Source: Marsupella aquatica
Taxonomy: Eukaryota > Plantae > Marchantiophyta
DNA length: 64,000 bases
Direction of reading: 5' to 3'
Assembly (NCBI GenBank): GCA_973895155.1
Contig: OZ316896.1
Location: 22,959,722-23,023,721, forward strand
Numbering within the stretch: position 1 is the stretch's first letter; each line of letters starts with the position of its first letter. The translations under genes were made by a program, and so were the position numbers. This document shows positions 49,701 through 63,439 of this stretch, piece after piece. The notes beneath the pieces were generated by a model, which saw nothing but the letters and a program-made list of their open reading frames with translations, did no database searches and was not told the DNA's origin.

Positions 49701-52700
49701 GTCAAAATTGCTCTTCAGCAGAATGCTCTTCGATCAGGTGGTGTTGTAAGCACTGCGATGAACAACTTGCAGAAATTCCTGCTTGATTTACAGTCTTCAT
49801 GAGAATGTTATGCCTATACCTGAGTGTCAATGCCTCTTCGGTGAAGGGCATTAATGCTTTGGACATTTTCTGACACCCGTAGATGAAAAATATAGTGTCC
49901 GGCCCATCAAGTTTCTAGTCTTAAGTCTTCTGAATGATAGCATTGAATGTCCTTGAGGCTGCTAATCATTGATTGTTTCAGTTGGCTGAGGATTGTTTCA
50001 CTCTTTTCGTAATACCCATGGGCTAAGCGGATGACCTCCATAACCCTGCAAGTTTACTCAAGTTCTTAAGAATCTAAAAACCCGCAATATCTTAAAAATT
50101 CCTCTCATCCAGGAAGTTGATGAAGTTCAACAAGTGAATGGATGAGGGTCCTTGAATGTGAAGATTTTATATGTCCAAGTTGGTTGTAGAGGACAATAAG
50201 AGAGAATTTCTCTCATCTTCATATGGAAAGCGGATCACTGCTCTCTATCTAACAGCGCTTTTGCAGTACTTGGACTTGTCAGGTTGCTGTGAAGTCACGG
50301 CCCTTATCTTGTTCAAGTCGTCTGCTCGTGCTCCCGTACTAGATCCTAGTTTGAGTGCATCAAAGACAGAATCGCGGAGCGCGCCATCACTATTGCAATC
50401 TTTCTACAATACCCCTGCTCGTAACACAAGATGGCCACAAATTCCATCATTTGAAAACTTGAAACGGCTCAATTTGACGCAATGCTGGAGGATACCTCAA
50501 GACTCATTGGTTCTATGGCTGGGAGAAGCCTGCCCACATCTGTTAGAACTGATTCTCACAAATTGTCCTCAGATTACCTTCAGTATTCTCCAAGCTCTAC
50601 CTGAAGTTTGTCCTCAGCTTCAACTGGTGGATATCTCTCTTGATATAACCCATGTATGTAAAGAAGTACAGATGTATAGTACCGAAGAGAATTCCTCTTG
50701 GGTCCATGGTGATGCTTCTGGACTATGGCGATGTTCCTTTGCCGGCTTGACCCAGCTTTCTCTCCGAGGACATACAGAAATATCAGGTGTCTTTCTGTGA
50801 GCAGAATGAATTTTTTGACATCGGATCTCATCTTAAATCTAGACATTTGTTCTTCATATCTCGCTGATAATGTGAATTTACACAGCTTTGCATTCTCACT
50901 GTCAACCATGCTTTAAGGTTAGGCCGATACTTCCATTGCATGGATTATGCCCACTCCTTACTGGCTGCATCTTGTTGCTCTATGCAGACCTCGAACTGAT
51001 AGCCTTAGCTGTGTGTTCTCCGCCACTTCTTGAAATTGATCTTAGCATGTGCACGACTTTGACGGATGGTGGAATTTGGAGGTTTCTGAAACAATATCCA
51101 AGCCGGTTAAGGTCCTTTAAAGCAAAACAGACAGCATTTGGGTCTATGTCTTGTACGGCGTTGACGTCCGCAATGTCCAGCGACCGAGATTCCACCAAAG
51201 GTCCAGCTGAGGGCCACTCTTCTTCAACGTCTTGCCAGGAAAGGCTTTCCCTGGCCACTCTTGATATCGAGAGCTGCATTGGTAAGAGACGTCAATGCTC
51301 TCACCAACTGTGTATTTGCACAATCACTAGCGCCGTTGTACTTTAATCAAGTCTGACTATTGTGGTATAGGTACTGTACAAATATTTACTCACGGAATTC
51401 TCAGCTAAGCTCTTACACCACCCAGCTGAGGGTCATTGCTTAACCGTTCGACACTTTGGAATAATCCCATGACTCGTTTGGCAATTACATTTAGGTGTAA
51501 AGGAGGACGATTTGGCTAACCTCCTTCGATCTCAATCAGCTCTTATACATTTGAGCTTAGGAGAAACGAATCTCACCGACGCAGCTCTTTCATGTTTCGG
51601 CGGAAAATTGTTGCAGCAGTTGAACGTGAGAGAAACTCAGGTCAGTCCCCTGGTGCTTGAGGATATTTCACTTTCACGGGATTTATGCATGGCAGTTGAA
51701 TTTAGAGCGTTTCAGATGGACCTACTACACCTTACTGCAATGGTTTTAACATTCAGAACAATGTCCTAAGCTTTCAAATTTGAGAAGTCAAGCAAACGTT
51801 GTCAAATATTGAGGTCGCAGGTCTGACAGCTGTGTCAAACGTTGTCAAATATTGACAGAATTTTTTCAGATATCCTTTTGTCCAATATTAGCTCGCAGGT
51901 CTGACACCAAATATGAACGCTCAACAAATGTCTTGCATTGTCCTCAACAGGTGTCTGGAAAGGCGTTAGCATCTGTCATTAGATCAAATCCAGAATTGAA
52001 GATTCTAGACATACGAGGATGTAAAAGAGCATGCATCGATGAATACGACCTTCTTGTGACAGAAAGAGACAATGATACAGCACCAAGTCTTGGTGGGGAA
52101 GTCTCTGTTCCCCTCGTTTTCCAAGAGCTTGGAAGTCTTGAGACTAGGGTGGAAGATTTGAAAGTAGGTTGGAGATTCAGTGACTCTGCACAGCTAGCTC
52201 TTCAATCTGCTTTGCTTGAACTCAAAAAGTTCAGTGTTGGCATGGGAGGAACAATAACTGATGCAGCTCTCCGGAACATTTCTGAACATAGCACATCCTT
52301 GGAACAGCTCAGTTTAGCGTTTCAGGTGAGGACGGTTAAAGGTTTTTGGCTGTGTTTTTTCCTTGAGTTTGGAAGTCAATCCAATACCGATCTGACATTT
52401 GTTCGATGAAGTGAGACCAGCATTCATACCTAGTGAGTCTTCTTTTCAGTAGAGAAGTTTCGGTCACTTGCTCAGTCGAATCATTTACCGAAGAACTTCA
52501 AGTACCAGGCTATCTAGGATAAGTGATGAGGATTCTTTGATACCCTACAGTCCTTATTGAATTATCAGCACCTGATAGGAGCGTGAGATGAAGTAATCCC
52601 AGCAGAGGGTCAATTGTTGTACGGTAATTATTTGATGTGACTTTTGTCAAGTTATCACCGAAGACGGGCTGATCAGATTTGTAGACAAGATCAATTGTCT

Positions 52701-54433
52701 CCGCAAGCTAGAGCTCCAGTAGGGCTCAATTGTTGTGCATTAATTATTTGATCTGACCGGTCAGGTTATCACCGAAGACGGGCTGGTTAGATTCCTAGAC
52801 AAGACCAATTGCCTCCGCACGCTGGAGCTCCAGTATTGCCTTACTCAACTCTCTTCACGGGGAATAGATTCACTCAGTACCAGATGTTGTTCCAGTCTCC
52901 ACACTTTGAAGCTCGAGAGGGTTGCACCTTGGATACTGGACAGCGACATCAGTGTTCTGAGTGAGAGATGTACCCGGCTATCCCGTTTGTCTCTCGTGGG
53001 CTGCAGAGCACTAACAGAAGGTAGGAATTTCTCTGACGCCTTCTCTCAAATTCATTGGTGAAGCTTAGATTCTTGAGTTCTGATTATGCTGGATATTTCT
53101 TCCTGGCAGAATCTCTGAAGATCATTGCAAAGAATTGGCGTGGTTTGACAGAACTCAAACTTGAGGTCTGTTGTCTTCTCGCATTCTCCTCTGGAGGGTC
53201 CCAATTCATCTTTAAAGAATTTTCTTGAATGAAGCTACCCCCCAAAACGTTGTGCAATCCATTCGATATTGTCGCGAAGCTCTCTGAAGAACGAGACTTT
53301 CTCTGTTGCTCCATCATCTGTCACTTGCAAACTGTTCATAACGACGCGTCTTGTTACAGGAGTGCAATAGATTAACGTCAAAGGGAGCTGATTGCCTACT
53401 CCTATCGTGTGTGGCCCTTGAGATGCTGACTTTGCGGCACAATGTAAGATTTGTTTGCTTAATGTGTTCAAAAAGGATTGAATTCACTTTGTTGCAAGCG
53501 TTTCCCTTAGCAGCGCAATGCAGAAGTGCTCCCAACCGTGGCATCAATTATCCGAACTTACCCTGAGTTACATGACATCACCTTCCGCAGGGTAAAGGAA
53601 TAGCGAAGGACTTTATCATGGATGCCCTTTTTCAAGTATGTTTCTTGGGCCGCAGTATAGAAGTTTTCTAAAGTGTACTGTTGTATTAGTGCAGAACGAT
53701 TAGAATACCCTCAATGTTCTTGAAATGAAGTCTCAAATATGAGGAAACTGAATACAAGTTTGTTTGGCGTATTGGTGGCGCCATGTTTATTGTTGGCAGT
53801 TTCCTCTTTTGCGACATTTGTCGCTGGATATGTGTGACTCTGTTGCAAATGGATTCCAGACACCAAATCAGGTATGGTTCGTCCCAGCTATATTTAATCT
53901 TCCATTTATTGGTGACAAACCCAGCGGAGTAGATTCTCGGTTCACAGTACGTGAGTGCCATATCGACTTTGTGGCCAGAGTATCTTACCATTGTGCTGTT
54001 GAATAGTTCCTCTTCTCTGCCCAAGGCCAGCCACTCATGCTCTAGGTATTAAATCAAGTGCCAAAGAGATAAGCTCTTATTGCAGCAGATATTGAGCTTC
54101 AATCCTCTCTACGCTGTTTGTGATCATGCTGCTAAAAAACTTCAGTTCTTAAAGAGGATGGGAGTTCCCTCCTGGCAAATGGGATGCGGAGGCTCTCTCG
54201 ATACTTCAATCCTCTGAAAGCATTGAACGGATTGGGCGTCTTTGGTACAGGTGAAAGCAGTTCTGAATACATTACTTATCGCCAGGTGCAAGCCCCATCA
54301 TCCAAGCTTACCCGGACCAACAGCTGCTCTCGATTCTTCTGTTCAGAGTACTGTGCAATGCCATAAAGACACGATTGTGACTCAGTGGAATGTAGATGAA
54401 ACAAAATTGTACATGGTGAAGGACAGGCTATAA
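46712..54433 (+). CDS. FBL11: BTB/POZ domain + leucine-rich repeat protein, FBL11-like (multi-exon)
   Basis: BTB exons read LTMNSTYYRALFGEF, ISVNWDTVTFLNL and AATFFGVD. These are followed by IRITDYLE|YLDLSGC and many cysteine-containing LRRs (LNLTQCWRI, IDLSMCTTLTD, LDIRGCK, LSLDMCD). The last exon (54251-54433) ends HKDTIVTQWN...VKDRL*. Internal exon boundaries are not all resolved. Confidence 0.85.
52607..52835 (+). repeat. Tandem duplication (~115 bp) of an intron 3' end plus exon start within FBL11
   Basis: TCAATTGTTGT...AATTATTTGAT...GTTATCACCGAAGACGGGCTG...GAGCTCCAGTA occurs twice; the first copy ends in TAG. Confidence 0.85.
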
Positions 54434-56056
54434 AACATTTGACCGATTCTGGAAAGGATATTTTACCATGCATCATATATGCGACATATCAGCGGAAAGC
54501 TTTCAACAAAAGTTTACTCAGGAAATCCCACCACTTGAAATTTAGTGCACTGTGGCGGAGCGTATACGTTCTCTTGTCCAAGTGAGGGCCGGAACCGGTA
54601 CATTGCTGACGTAGTGCCGCAGGCATTTCACATAGATGCATATGGCGGCTTAGTAGTAACTTGTTCGCGCCATTAACAGATTGAAGCAAGAGGCATCAAG
54701 GCTTATGGAGGAAATGGGAAGACCACCGTGGGAAACAGAGGGCTGAATGAGCTTGAGGTCTGAATGAGCTTGCTTGCACAAACAAGGCGTCTTTTTGTAA
54801 AATGGAGGTCAGCAGGTCAAGCACATTGATATGTGAGGAAGCTTTTGCAGAAGACATGAAAGGAATTTTGTTGAGGACAAAGGAGTTTAAGGGTAGAAGG
54901 AGGGCATCCCCATATTGAAGGGTACAGCCCTGCGGGTGCCTCTCCCAAATGTATGTTCGCACGATTTGATCCTTTGGCCAATTATGTTGGAACTGCTTTA
55001 CGCTTTGAATTTTATGGATTTATACCACCACTGGAACTATACAAGAGAGAACTGCCCAAAATCTCTTCCTGTTTTCCAGATTTCAGTCCCTGGTCGTCTC
55101 TAAGATGACAGTGCTCCACAATTTCAGGAAAATGGTGCTTTGAGCTGTGGTAATACCAGAACTTGCTGGTCACAGCGGCTGTTTAAGGACTCCTTTGTTT
55201 ACAGAAAGGAAGTTGCCCTCTGGGTGGTCCTCGAAATATACTGGTATCTAATGATACTTTTTGTATCAGGCAAACATCTGGATTCGGTTGCTCAAGAAAA
55301 AAGCATACAATCCAGAACAATAATCCAGTTCTTACTTCAATGTGATGGTACCAGTCAGAGTCTTCCATGATTTCGACAGTTCCATGGTGCCAGATAACAA
55401 TTACGGATGGCTAGCTAACTGTTATCAACGTTCCACGTATAATAGGGATAATATTAGTACTTTTGAAAGTTCAATGCCAAGTGAATGAGCACAACCAATC
55501 AAAGATTCTGTACCAGTGCGACAGTTTTGATCTGCCCAAATGACGGAGTTACTGACTCAAAGTTGCATTCCGTTTATGACAAATGGACAACCAAAACAGA
55601 ATCCTAACTTTAAACTACTCAGGAGCAAATTATACTGCTAGTCAAAACTTGCACTACAGGAATATGACGAACAACATCAAAGATGGCCCCGGGTCCAGTT
55701 GAATTCCGTGCTACGTGTTGTTTCGGTGATAATCATGTCTCTACCCTAAATTTCTCCGTTTCCTTAATTTTCTTGTTTTGGGGAAACAACATGATCCAAT
55801 TTGCTGAAAGGAAACACGATGCAAAGAGAGGCTAGAAAAACCTAAAGAACACAAAATGAGCCATCTCGCCTACTATTTGAACATATTCGGCAGGACCAGA
55901 ATGCAGCTCGATTTGGTCAACAATCTGAACTATGTTCTCCAGCGACTGAAGTGAAAATGGTTCACGATCAAGGTATAGACATGATGAGTCGGCTCAAGCA
56001 CCATCAAGTGAACTGGCTTACCCTACTATATGATGAGAATATCTAGGCTACCCTGA

Positions 56057-58305
56057 CTACTTCTTCTTCGAAGCTTTGCCAGATGGTTTGGAGAAAAGTG
56101 ATTTGTCTAGTTTTTCTACTGGGGTGGTTTTAAGTAAAAACAGCCTAGCTGCACGTTCTGAAAGACTGCCTCCGCATTTTAACCCCCTGTTCTGCAACTC
56201 TGTCTTCAGCCTCTCCAAACCAAGAACCTGTGACACACAACGAAAGGTTGTCACTTCAGGCAACCAAAGTACAGTAGGTAGGCACGTATGGGCTACTCTC
56301 GCTTTGGACAAGCAGTCTTGAGGAGATTGTACACTAGTACAGCGACAGTAGATGCAAATGTCTACTCTGTGAAAGATACTCTGTGAAAGAAGTAGACTGA
56401 GATAGAACAGCTATACAAAATGAGTTATCTGATTCAAGAGTTTATAACCTACCTCCAAATGTTTCGATGTGTTGTAGTTCTCAAAGTCCACAGCTCTTGC
56501 GACATCGTTCTCCACTCTCGAACTAGGAACACCAACAGGGGAGGCCTCAACAGTCCCGTCGGAAACGCTAGGGATTTGACACTCAGTGTCCATCCTGGTG
56601 AAGGTTGACTGCTCAATAACCTCATTGCCAGTGCTCGAGTCTGGGGAACCTCTGGACGGTTCTGGATACTCGAGAGTAATCTCTACAGCTTCCGATGAAC
56701 GAGTTTGGACAAGGGTCTCCACGCTGCTTTCTTGCTCGTGAACCCTTTTAGAGAGATCTGCAACTTCATCAGAGCTGGAAGACCCAGCCTCATCTTTTGT
56801 GGAGCACGATGCACTAGCCTCACCTTTATCGGAGCTACTGGAGCCCGGCTCATCATTGTTAAAAGAGGAAGGACCAGCACCGTCTTCTTCATCAGAATCC
56901 TCTTCCTCGTCCTCCTCCAATTCCGGACTCCTGAATATAACATGACCGGAAATAAGGATTGGGTTCGAATTTCAATGCCAAAATATGAATGAACTAAACC
57001 TGTGACCCTAGAAGGTAAAAGGAAGATCCCACCCGACCGAAGTACGCCATTTAGTTCTTTCACTGTAGAGAAACATCCCCGACAACGATAGGTTGTCAAG
57101 GAAGAAACCTAAACCAATAAGACCCCTAATATCAAGCAGTCAAATCCAGGTCGGCAAAGACTATCAATAGCGACAAATTTAGAATCAGAATGTCTGCATA
57201 AAATGGATGAAATGAAATGAAGGAATGAAATCGTTGAAATAAACGAATGACTATATGATTGAAGAAAATGGTTAAAATGACTGAACGAATAACTAAAATG
57301 GTTGCATGAATTACTAAACCCCATAAAACATGCGAGACTTAATAATTCAACTTGTTAAGGTCAAGCTTCGGCTGACAGGACCTTCTGTGGGTTTTTGATC
57401 TCCAATTCCATTATGTCAATTTTAGCACTTCAACTTAATAGAAAGCTGCTTATTTAGAATTCTGTCAGGGATGGAGGTGCATTCTCTCTAGACCCGGCAG
57501 TACAGCGGAACTTAGCCTGCGGACACTAAACTCTGTAATCTACAGTGGGATTTGAATCCCTGACCAGAGAAAGCAAACAGTAGAATCAACTTCTCAGGCT
57601 GGGAGCAGATCCAAAGAGAGGGGATAAGTAACAAGGCGAGCTGCAAGAGTAAATGGAGAGGATAGAGGCGGCTTACCATCTACGATGCCTCTTCACCTCG
57701 TTTTCCACAGCCAAAACCTTCTTCCTCTTTAAGCTCACTGCCAATTTCGCACCTTCGGCAAGGCCATCCTGCACCGCTGAGCCGATCTCTTCCCTCACTA
57801 CTAAGCTCTCCTCCCTGAACTTCTGCAGCTCTTTTTCCATCCCTTTGTCCTCTTCCTCCACCTTCCTCTGCTTCTTCAGGAAATCTTCCGCCGTCTTCTC
57901 CAATTCTCTCTCCTTGGCATCCGACTTCCAATCTTTGAGCTTCTTCTCCGCATTAACGTGGCGGAGCCTCCTCCCACTCATGTCGCGACAGGCATCGAAA
58001 TTGCTGGTTTTCTTCTGTCCCGCTTTGGTCGCCGCACCTCTCAGAAGAGATCCGAAACCTCCCTTTCCGCCTCGCAATCGCAGCAACAAAGTGCACGACG
58101 GGAAAAACCCGTCGGCTCCAGCAACCAGACAGCTCCCGCTGCCCAGCTCTCGTGTTCCTGACACCAACCGTTGCAGATCTCCAGGAACGCCCTCGCTGGC
58201 AGCCAACTTCGACTTCACATCCTCACAAGAAACCTGCCTCGATGTAAAACGCAAGCATCGAGTCTTCCCATCCAAATTCCTCACCAGCATCTGAAACATC
58301 GCCAT
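56057..58305 (-). CDS. SDE2: Replication stress response / splicing regulator SDE2 (Ubl-SDE2-SAP), 3 exons
   Basis: Ubiquitin-like N-terminus with LRGG|[10 protein letters not shown] cleavage site, [17 protein letters not shown], and C-terminal SAP domain [29 protein letters not shown]; exons 58305-57677, 56930-56453 and 56227-56057. Confidence 0.95.
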
Positions 58306-58414
58306 CTTCTTTGCTCTCCTCCGCGACCTCCGCCACACCCAGCAGCGATTGCAGAAATTGTCTCTGCTCTTCAAATCCTAGATTCTAGCTCGTGAGAAAG
58401 CCGTAGTCAGAAGT

Positions 58415-58423
58415 AAACCCTAA
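58415..58423. promoter_or_regulatory. Telo-box (AAACCCTAA) upstream of SDE2
   Basis: Exact AAACCCTAA ~110 bp upstream of the ATG; a partial second copy lies at ~58539. Confidence 0.4.
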
Positions 58424-59149
58424 AAACGCACGAAACGCTTTCCCAATCTAGAAATGCGAATAATCATCGGTAACAACCGACTACGGGATCGACACGGAGC
58501 AAAATTGAACAAACCAGTGCTCTTTAGCAAAGTTGCAGAACCCTAACTCCGTCAGAATCTCATCAGAACTTCGATCGAGAGTGAAAATGCACACAATTCA
58601 ACCAATTGAATGGTATTCCTGTTCAAGTATCGAAGAGAGATGCAATTGGCCTCAAACTTGACAACAAAACAACCCAAACACGGAGGCACGAGGATTGAAA
58701 GGCACGAATGCTTACCAGAAACAACAATCCGGCTCCTCAAAACGTGCTTGACAGCTTGAAACGCGTTCGTCGTTGGTCAGGAGCGCCCCTTTCTTTCTCG
58801 TCCTTCGAGCCTAAATGGCGATGAGGCTTCGCACCATGGGAATGATGATCGACGGAGAGTGTGGAGTGTCGAGCGCTCCTCTAGTCAAGAGCTGCAATCA
58901 GGAGAAATTGCTGTCGTTGGCGTTGGGTGTTTCGTATCTTGAAAAGCTACACCCCATAACTTATCGAGCTTTTATCTCCCTTGGCATTCGGTTTCCTGTC
59001 CACGTGGAGAGGAATAAGTACAGTAGTTTTCTCTCTCTGTGTGATGGTTTTCATTCCTTTTAGTCACTTCTTCCTGGTGTGAAGGTTTTAATTCCTTTTA
59101 GACGCTTGTTCCTCTCCGTGTGAAGGTTTTAATTCCTTTTAGTCACTTA

Positions 59150-59820
59150 TTCCCATGACCCCTACCTTGAAAAGTAAATGAAAAAGATTTGCATAATAAA
59201 ATTTATATGTTATTTTGGTTTAGTCTTTGTCCCATCCTTGTTTTTTGTCCATACTCATTTCAGTTTTGTCTTTATTAAAGTTGATGTCCCTTTTGTTCAT
59301 ACTCATTTTAAAATTTTGACTTGTTGAGTCTCATTATCAGTTTTGTCTCTATTGGGAGTTATGGTCTAAAGGTTTCACTCTAGATCTATGCACTTAACTT
59401 ACTTAAGAGTAGAATTAAGTTGGCGCTTTTACAATAGGATTCCTCTTGTGTGAATTTTAATTTCTGACTAGCCCCATGACCCCTTCTTTTGAACATAAAT
59501 AGATATGAGAAAAAAATTTGAACAATAAAATTTATATGCTATTTGTTAGTCTTTGCCCCATCCTTATTTTTTCTTTTTTGTCTTTATCTAAACTCAATGT
59601 CACTTTTGTCCATCTTTATTTAATGTCAATGTCACTTTTATCCATCTTGATTTAAAATTTTGATTTTAATGAACCTCATTACTAGTTTTGTCTGTATTGG
59701 GGGTTACGGTCTAGAGGCTTCAGTCTAGACCTATGCCCTTAAAAGTAGACTTTAGTTGGCGCTTTTATAGTAAGATTGCAATTACTAGCCTGAGTACACC
59801 TTCTTTGAACATGAATAGAC
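59150..59820. repeat. Diverged ~320-350-bp tandem duplication
   Basis: CCCATGACCCC...AATAAAATTTATATG...AGTTTTGTCT.TATTGGG.GTTA.GGTCTA...AGTTGGCGCTTTTA occurs twice. Confidence 0.7.
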
Positions 59821-60795
59821 ATTAGGATACAAAAGGAGTCCCAGTAGCACATTAAAATATGACATATATGATGTACGATATTGTTTGATACCATGATAAA
59901 CCTCATTGTTGTTTTTAAATCAGTGAGTGCACATTGTATATATATTACCACATTTTGATTTTGACTACCGGCAGGGATAGAAAAGTGTATACCCTTGATG
60001 ACAACAACTGGCCTCTTGACAGTAACTAACCTCTTTACAGGCAGCATCGGTAATCCATCGACTCTCCTCACATGTGGCCCCTACTCCACCAACTCTCTTC
60101 ACAGGTGGCTTTATTGTTGACTGCAGTGCACTACTCCTGGCACTACTCCACCCTCATATTCACCCCCACTACTAATAAATTATGGCCCCCTAAGTCTTGA
60201 ATATAAATAGAGACCAAAATAATAACTATATTGAGGATTACTAGATTGTAGCAGCTGTTCTAAAGCACAAATAGTACTTTGACATCTTTTCTAATTTCTT
60301 TACTACTTTGCGACTTTTTCTGAGCACTGGTTAAGTTAACTCATGTGCGATTAACTCAACTCACCCGAAGGTCTAAAACACACAATTGGGCAGACTACAT
60401 TGCTCTATATCTAACCTGGCTCAACATGAGTCCAGCCCAAGATCAAACCCCTTCAAAAAAAAGTATGAGTTGAGCCTCCCACTCTGGTCGCCAAAGGAGT
60501 TTAGTCCCAATGGCATCTTGCTAGACTGTTCAGACAGTCCAAACCATGAGAGAGGGGCCCTGTTAAATCCAAACTTGTGCAAGAATTTGATATCTTCAGT
60601 TGTGTTTCTCTAAACGCTAAATGCTAGCTCTCTGGTCTTCCTCAGGTTTTTTTTATGTCTTCTCCCCTCTATTGGCTTCGGGTTGTTGGCCTTTGGGATC
60701 CTGTCTGTAGGTATGGCCTTTTTGTTCTCTAACAGTGTTTTATATATGCGTGCTCAAGTTTCTTGTGTTGTTCTTCCCCAGGCCTTGCAGTTAGA

Positions 60796-61105
60796 CAGTG
60801 CACATCCATAAGTGCAAACCCTGGATAATTGCAAGGCATATGGATTGTCCCATTTTCTCCCAACCAATTTGCACATTAGTGCAAGAGGCTCCACTGAATG
60901 ACAAATATGTAATTGCAAACCCTTCTTTATAAGTGTACATGTACAATTATGGACACAAAATCCGACATAACACTCTCATGGATAAGTGCATACCAGGTTT
61001 ATATGCATGCAAAGTTTGACAATGTGTGCTCATCATGTAGTCAAAACTGCATTTAGTCCAAGATCATTGTCTTCCCACAAGTGTGCACTTACGAAGAGTA
61101 CACTG
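60796..61105. mobile_element. Possible ~310-bp Tc1/mariner-type MITE
   Basis: Left end CAGTGCACATCCATAAGTGCAAAC vs reverse complement of right end CAGTGTACTCTTCGTAAGTGCACAC; TA on the right flank, GA on the left. Confidence 0.4.
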
Positions 61106-61651
61106 TACTGACAGCATGAGCAAGGCTCTGCCTTCATTTCAGAGGTGAGAGGTAGTCGAATTCCACTTCACTGGAAAGTCTTTGCCACCCTGGGCAAAAA
61201 TTAGCCAGGCTTTTGCTTCCACTAGCCAGTTTCCCACCTACAAGTTTTGCACCTAACCATAGACAAAACTAGCCAGAATTTGACTGCAGTAGTGACCTGG
61301 AGTGGTAGTTGTTATAGTCAACAAATGTCTGAAGGGTTTGTGACTATCATTGAGCACCAGTGAATAATTAAATGACACTGCATGCACAATAACCCGCGCT
61401 GGTCATCTGCATGTTAGGGGGGACTGTCCAAGACTTCCCCCTTTTTCCACATTCCACTCACTCATCTACTCTACCGTGCCAGTCTTCAGGAAAAAATAAT
61501 TCTTTTAATGGTGGCACATGATGGTCGATCCAGGTTTTGTCATGGCTAGTGGGGGTGTAACAAAGGACACCTTTTGTTTTTGCAGTATTTCATATACTTA
61601 CAAAACTAGCTAGGGAGACATAAATCGGAAGACATGAATCCAGGAAATTTG

Positions 61652-61845
61652 AATAATAAAGACTATTCTTTGCATCTTCTCGGTTCATGCACAAGTAAGA
61701 AACTAATATAAGAGAGTTTAATAATAAGGACTATTCTTTGCATATTTTCTGTTCATGTAAAGTAAGAAATTAATATAAGAGAGTTTAATAATAATGACTA
61801 TTCTTTGCACCTTCTCCGTTCATGAACAAGTTAGAAATTAATGAA
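61652..61845. repeat. ~68-bp tandem repeat x3
   Basis: AATAATAA.GACTATTCTTTGCA...GTTCATG...AGAAA units. Confidence 0.85.
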
Positions 61846-62544
61846 GTGTCGGCTAGGTGATAGCACAGAGGGAAATATTATTTTGCCTTTTACTAAAGAA
61901 TACCATGTGCAGCTCACAAACGCGTGACATACTCCAATATTTGGGTTGCTCCTCATGGAGTGCTAAAAAGAAGTCAACTGGCTTACGTGAGTTGGGTAGA
62001 GGATTAGTTTGGAACTGAAAGGTCCCAGGTTCAATCCCCCTTCCACACACATGGGGTGTGGAAGATATATGTGTGTGGGTGTGATGGGTTTTGTGGGTTT
62101 AAGGTTTAGGGTTGTGGATGGGAGTTCTCAATATATATCCCCTGGCTTATATCCCCTGGCTCTCGGCCCCTGGTTGTCCATTTGTGACCCTGATTTAATC
62201 TTCTCCCCCTCCTAGTCGGATCTTGAGGGCTCACCCTGAAATGGGATCCCTACAATGAATGTATGTCACTATTGGAGTGAAGAGAGACTACTACACTAAG
62301 TGTTCTTCCTCAGTTCTTCAATATCCAAACTAAATAAATAGATCTAGTAAAAAGGACTATTCCTTGAATTTTCTCCCTTCTCTGTTCATGCACTTGAAGG
62401 TGACATTCTCAACCACGGCAAAATAGAAACCCTCTTCCTTTGTTATGATTGGTCTTACTTTTCTTTCCCTTGTTTAGTGTTTGTACTCTTTGGACCTCTT
62501 TTTCTTTCCTTTCATTCTACTTTGTTTTCTTCCTCATTTATCAA

Positions 62545-62793
62545 TTTTGTTGGAAGTTTTTTCTTCTAAAAAATGATTAAAAACAACTACTTTAGTCTGG
62601 CATGGGTAAAAACTAATTTTTCCTGATTTATAAATTTTGGTGGAAGTTGCTCTTCTTAAAAATGATTAAAAAAACTACTTTAGTCTGGCATGGGTAAAAA
62701 CTACTTTTTCCTGATTTTTATAAATTTTGGTGTAAGTGGCTCTTCTTAAAAATGATTAAAAACGACTACTTTATTCTGGCATGGGTAAAAACC
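62545..62793. repeat. ~90-bp tandem repeat x~3, upstream of the elongase
   Basis: AAAATGATTAAAAA...ACTACTTTAGTCTGGCATGGGTAAAAAC three times. Confidence 0.85.
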
Positions 62794-63439
62794 TCCTCTG
62801 GCACGGGTGATGGAAATCGGACGGGTAGCCGAGGAGGAGGGAGAGCCGGTGAGCCGTGACCGAGGAGGAGGGAGAACCAAGGAAAAAGATGCATTTATTT
62901 AGTCTTCTTGTGGCGGTGCAATTAATAGTGTCTCTTATTGTATCCACACCTTCCCTCAGCAGCAGCAGCGAGCTTCTCAGTTCTCAGCCTCCTCTCACCG
63001 AGCACAATCAGACTCCATTAGCAAGGCGTGCATGGCATGGCTTGGTAATGTAATGTAGCCAAGGATTCTCTCACGAGAAAGATGGTCTGTCATTAGCTTT
63101 GATCCCTCTCTAGACGTAGAGAACTCGTCTCATGAGCTGAAGAGTGGCATGTCTCAGTAGAAAGCTTGCATGATAAGTAGGGCCGTCCATAGCTGCTCGG
63201 GTAATGTGACTTCGTTCGTGAGAGGAAGCAGAGGAGGATCGAGGAGCATCAGGTTTTAGTAGCTCTGTGCAGTTTGTGGTTGATGGACAAATGCTCCTTT
63301 GAGACGAGCTGCAGGGGATCGAGGTTGGAGCTTTGGCAGGAGTGTCTTCTTGCTTTTGTTCATCAGATCCGACTGGATTAAGGTAATGCGATTTTGAGAA
63401 CGAAAGGGGCAGAGGATCGAGTGGGGAGGCGGGGGGAAA

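Noticed and set aside
57653-58294. 213-aa plus-strand ORF
   Set aside because: Antisense shadow of SDE2 exon 1.
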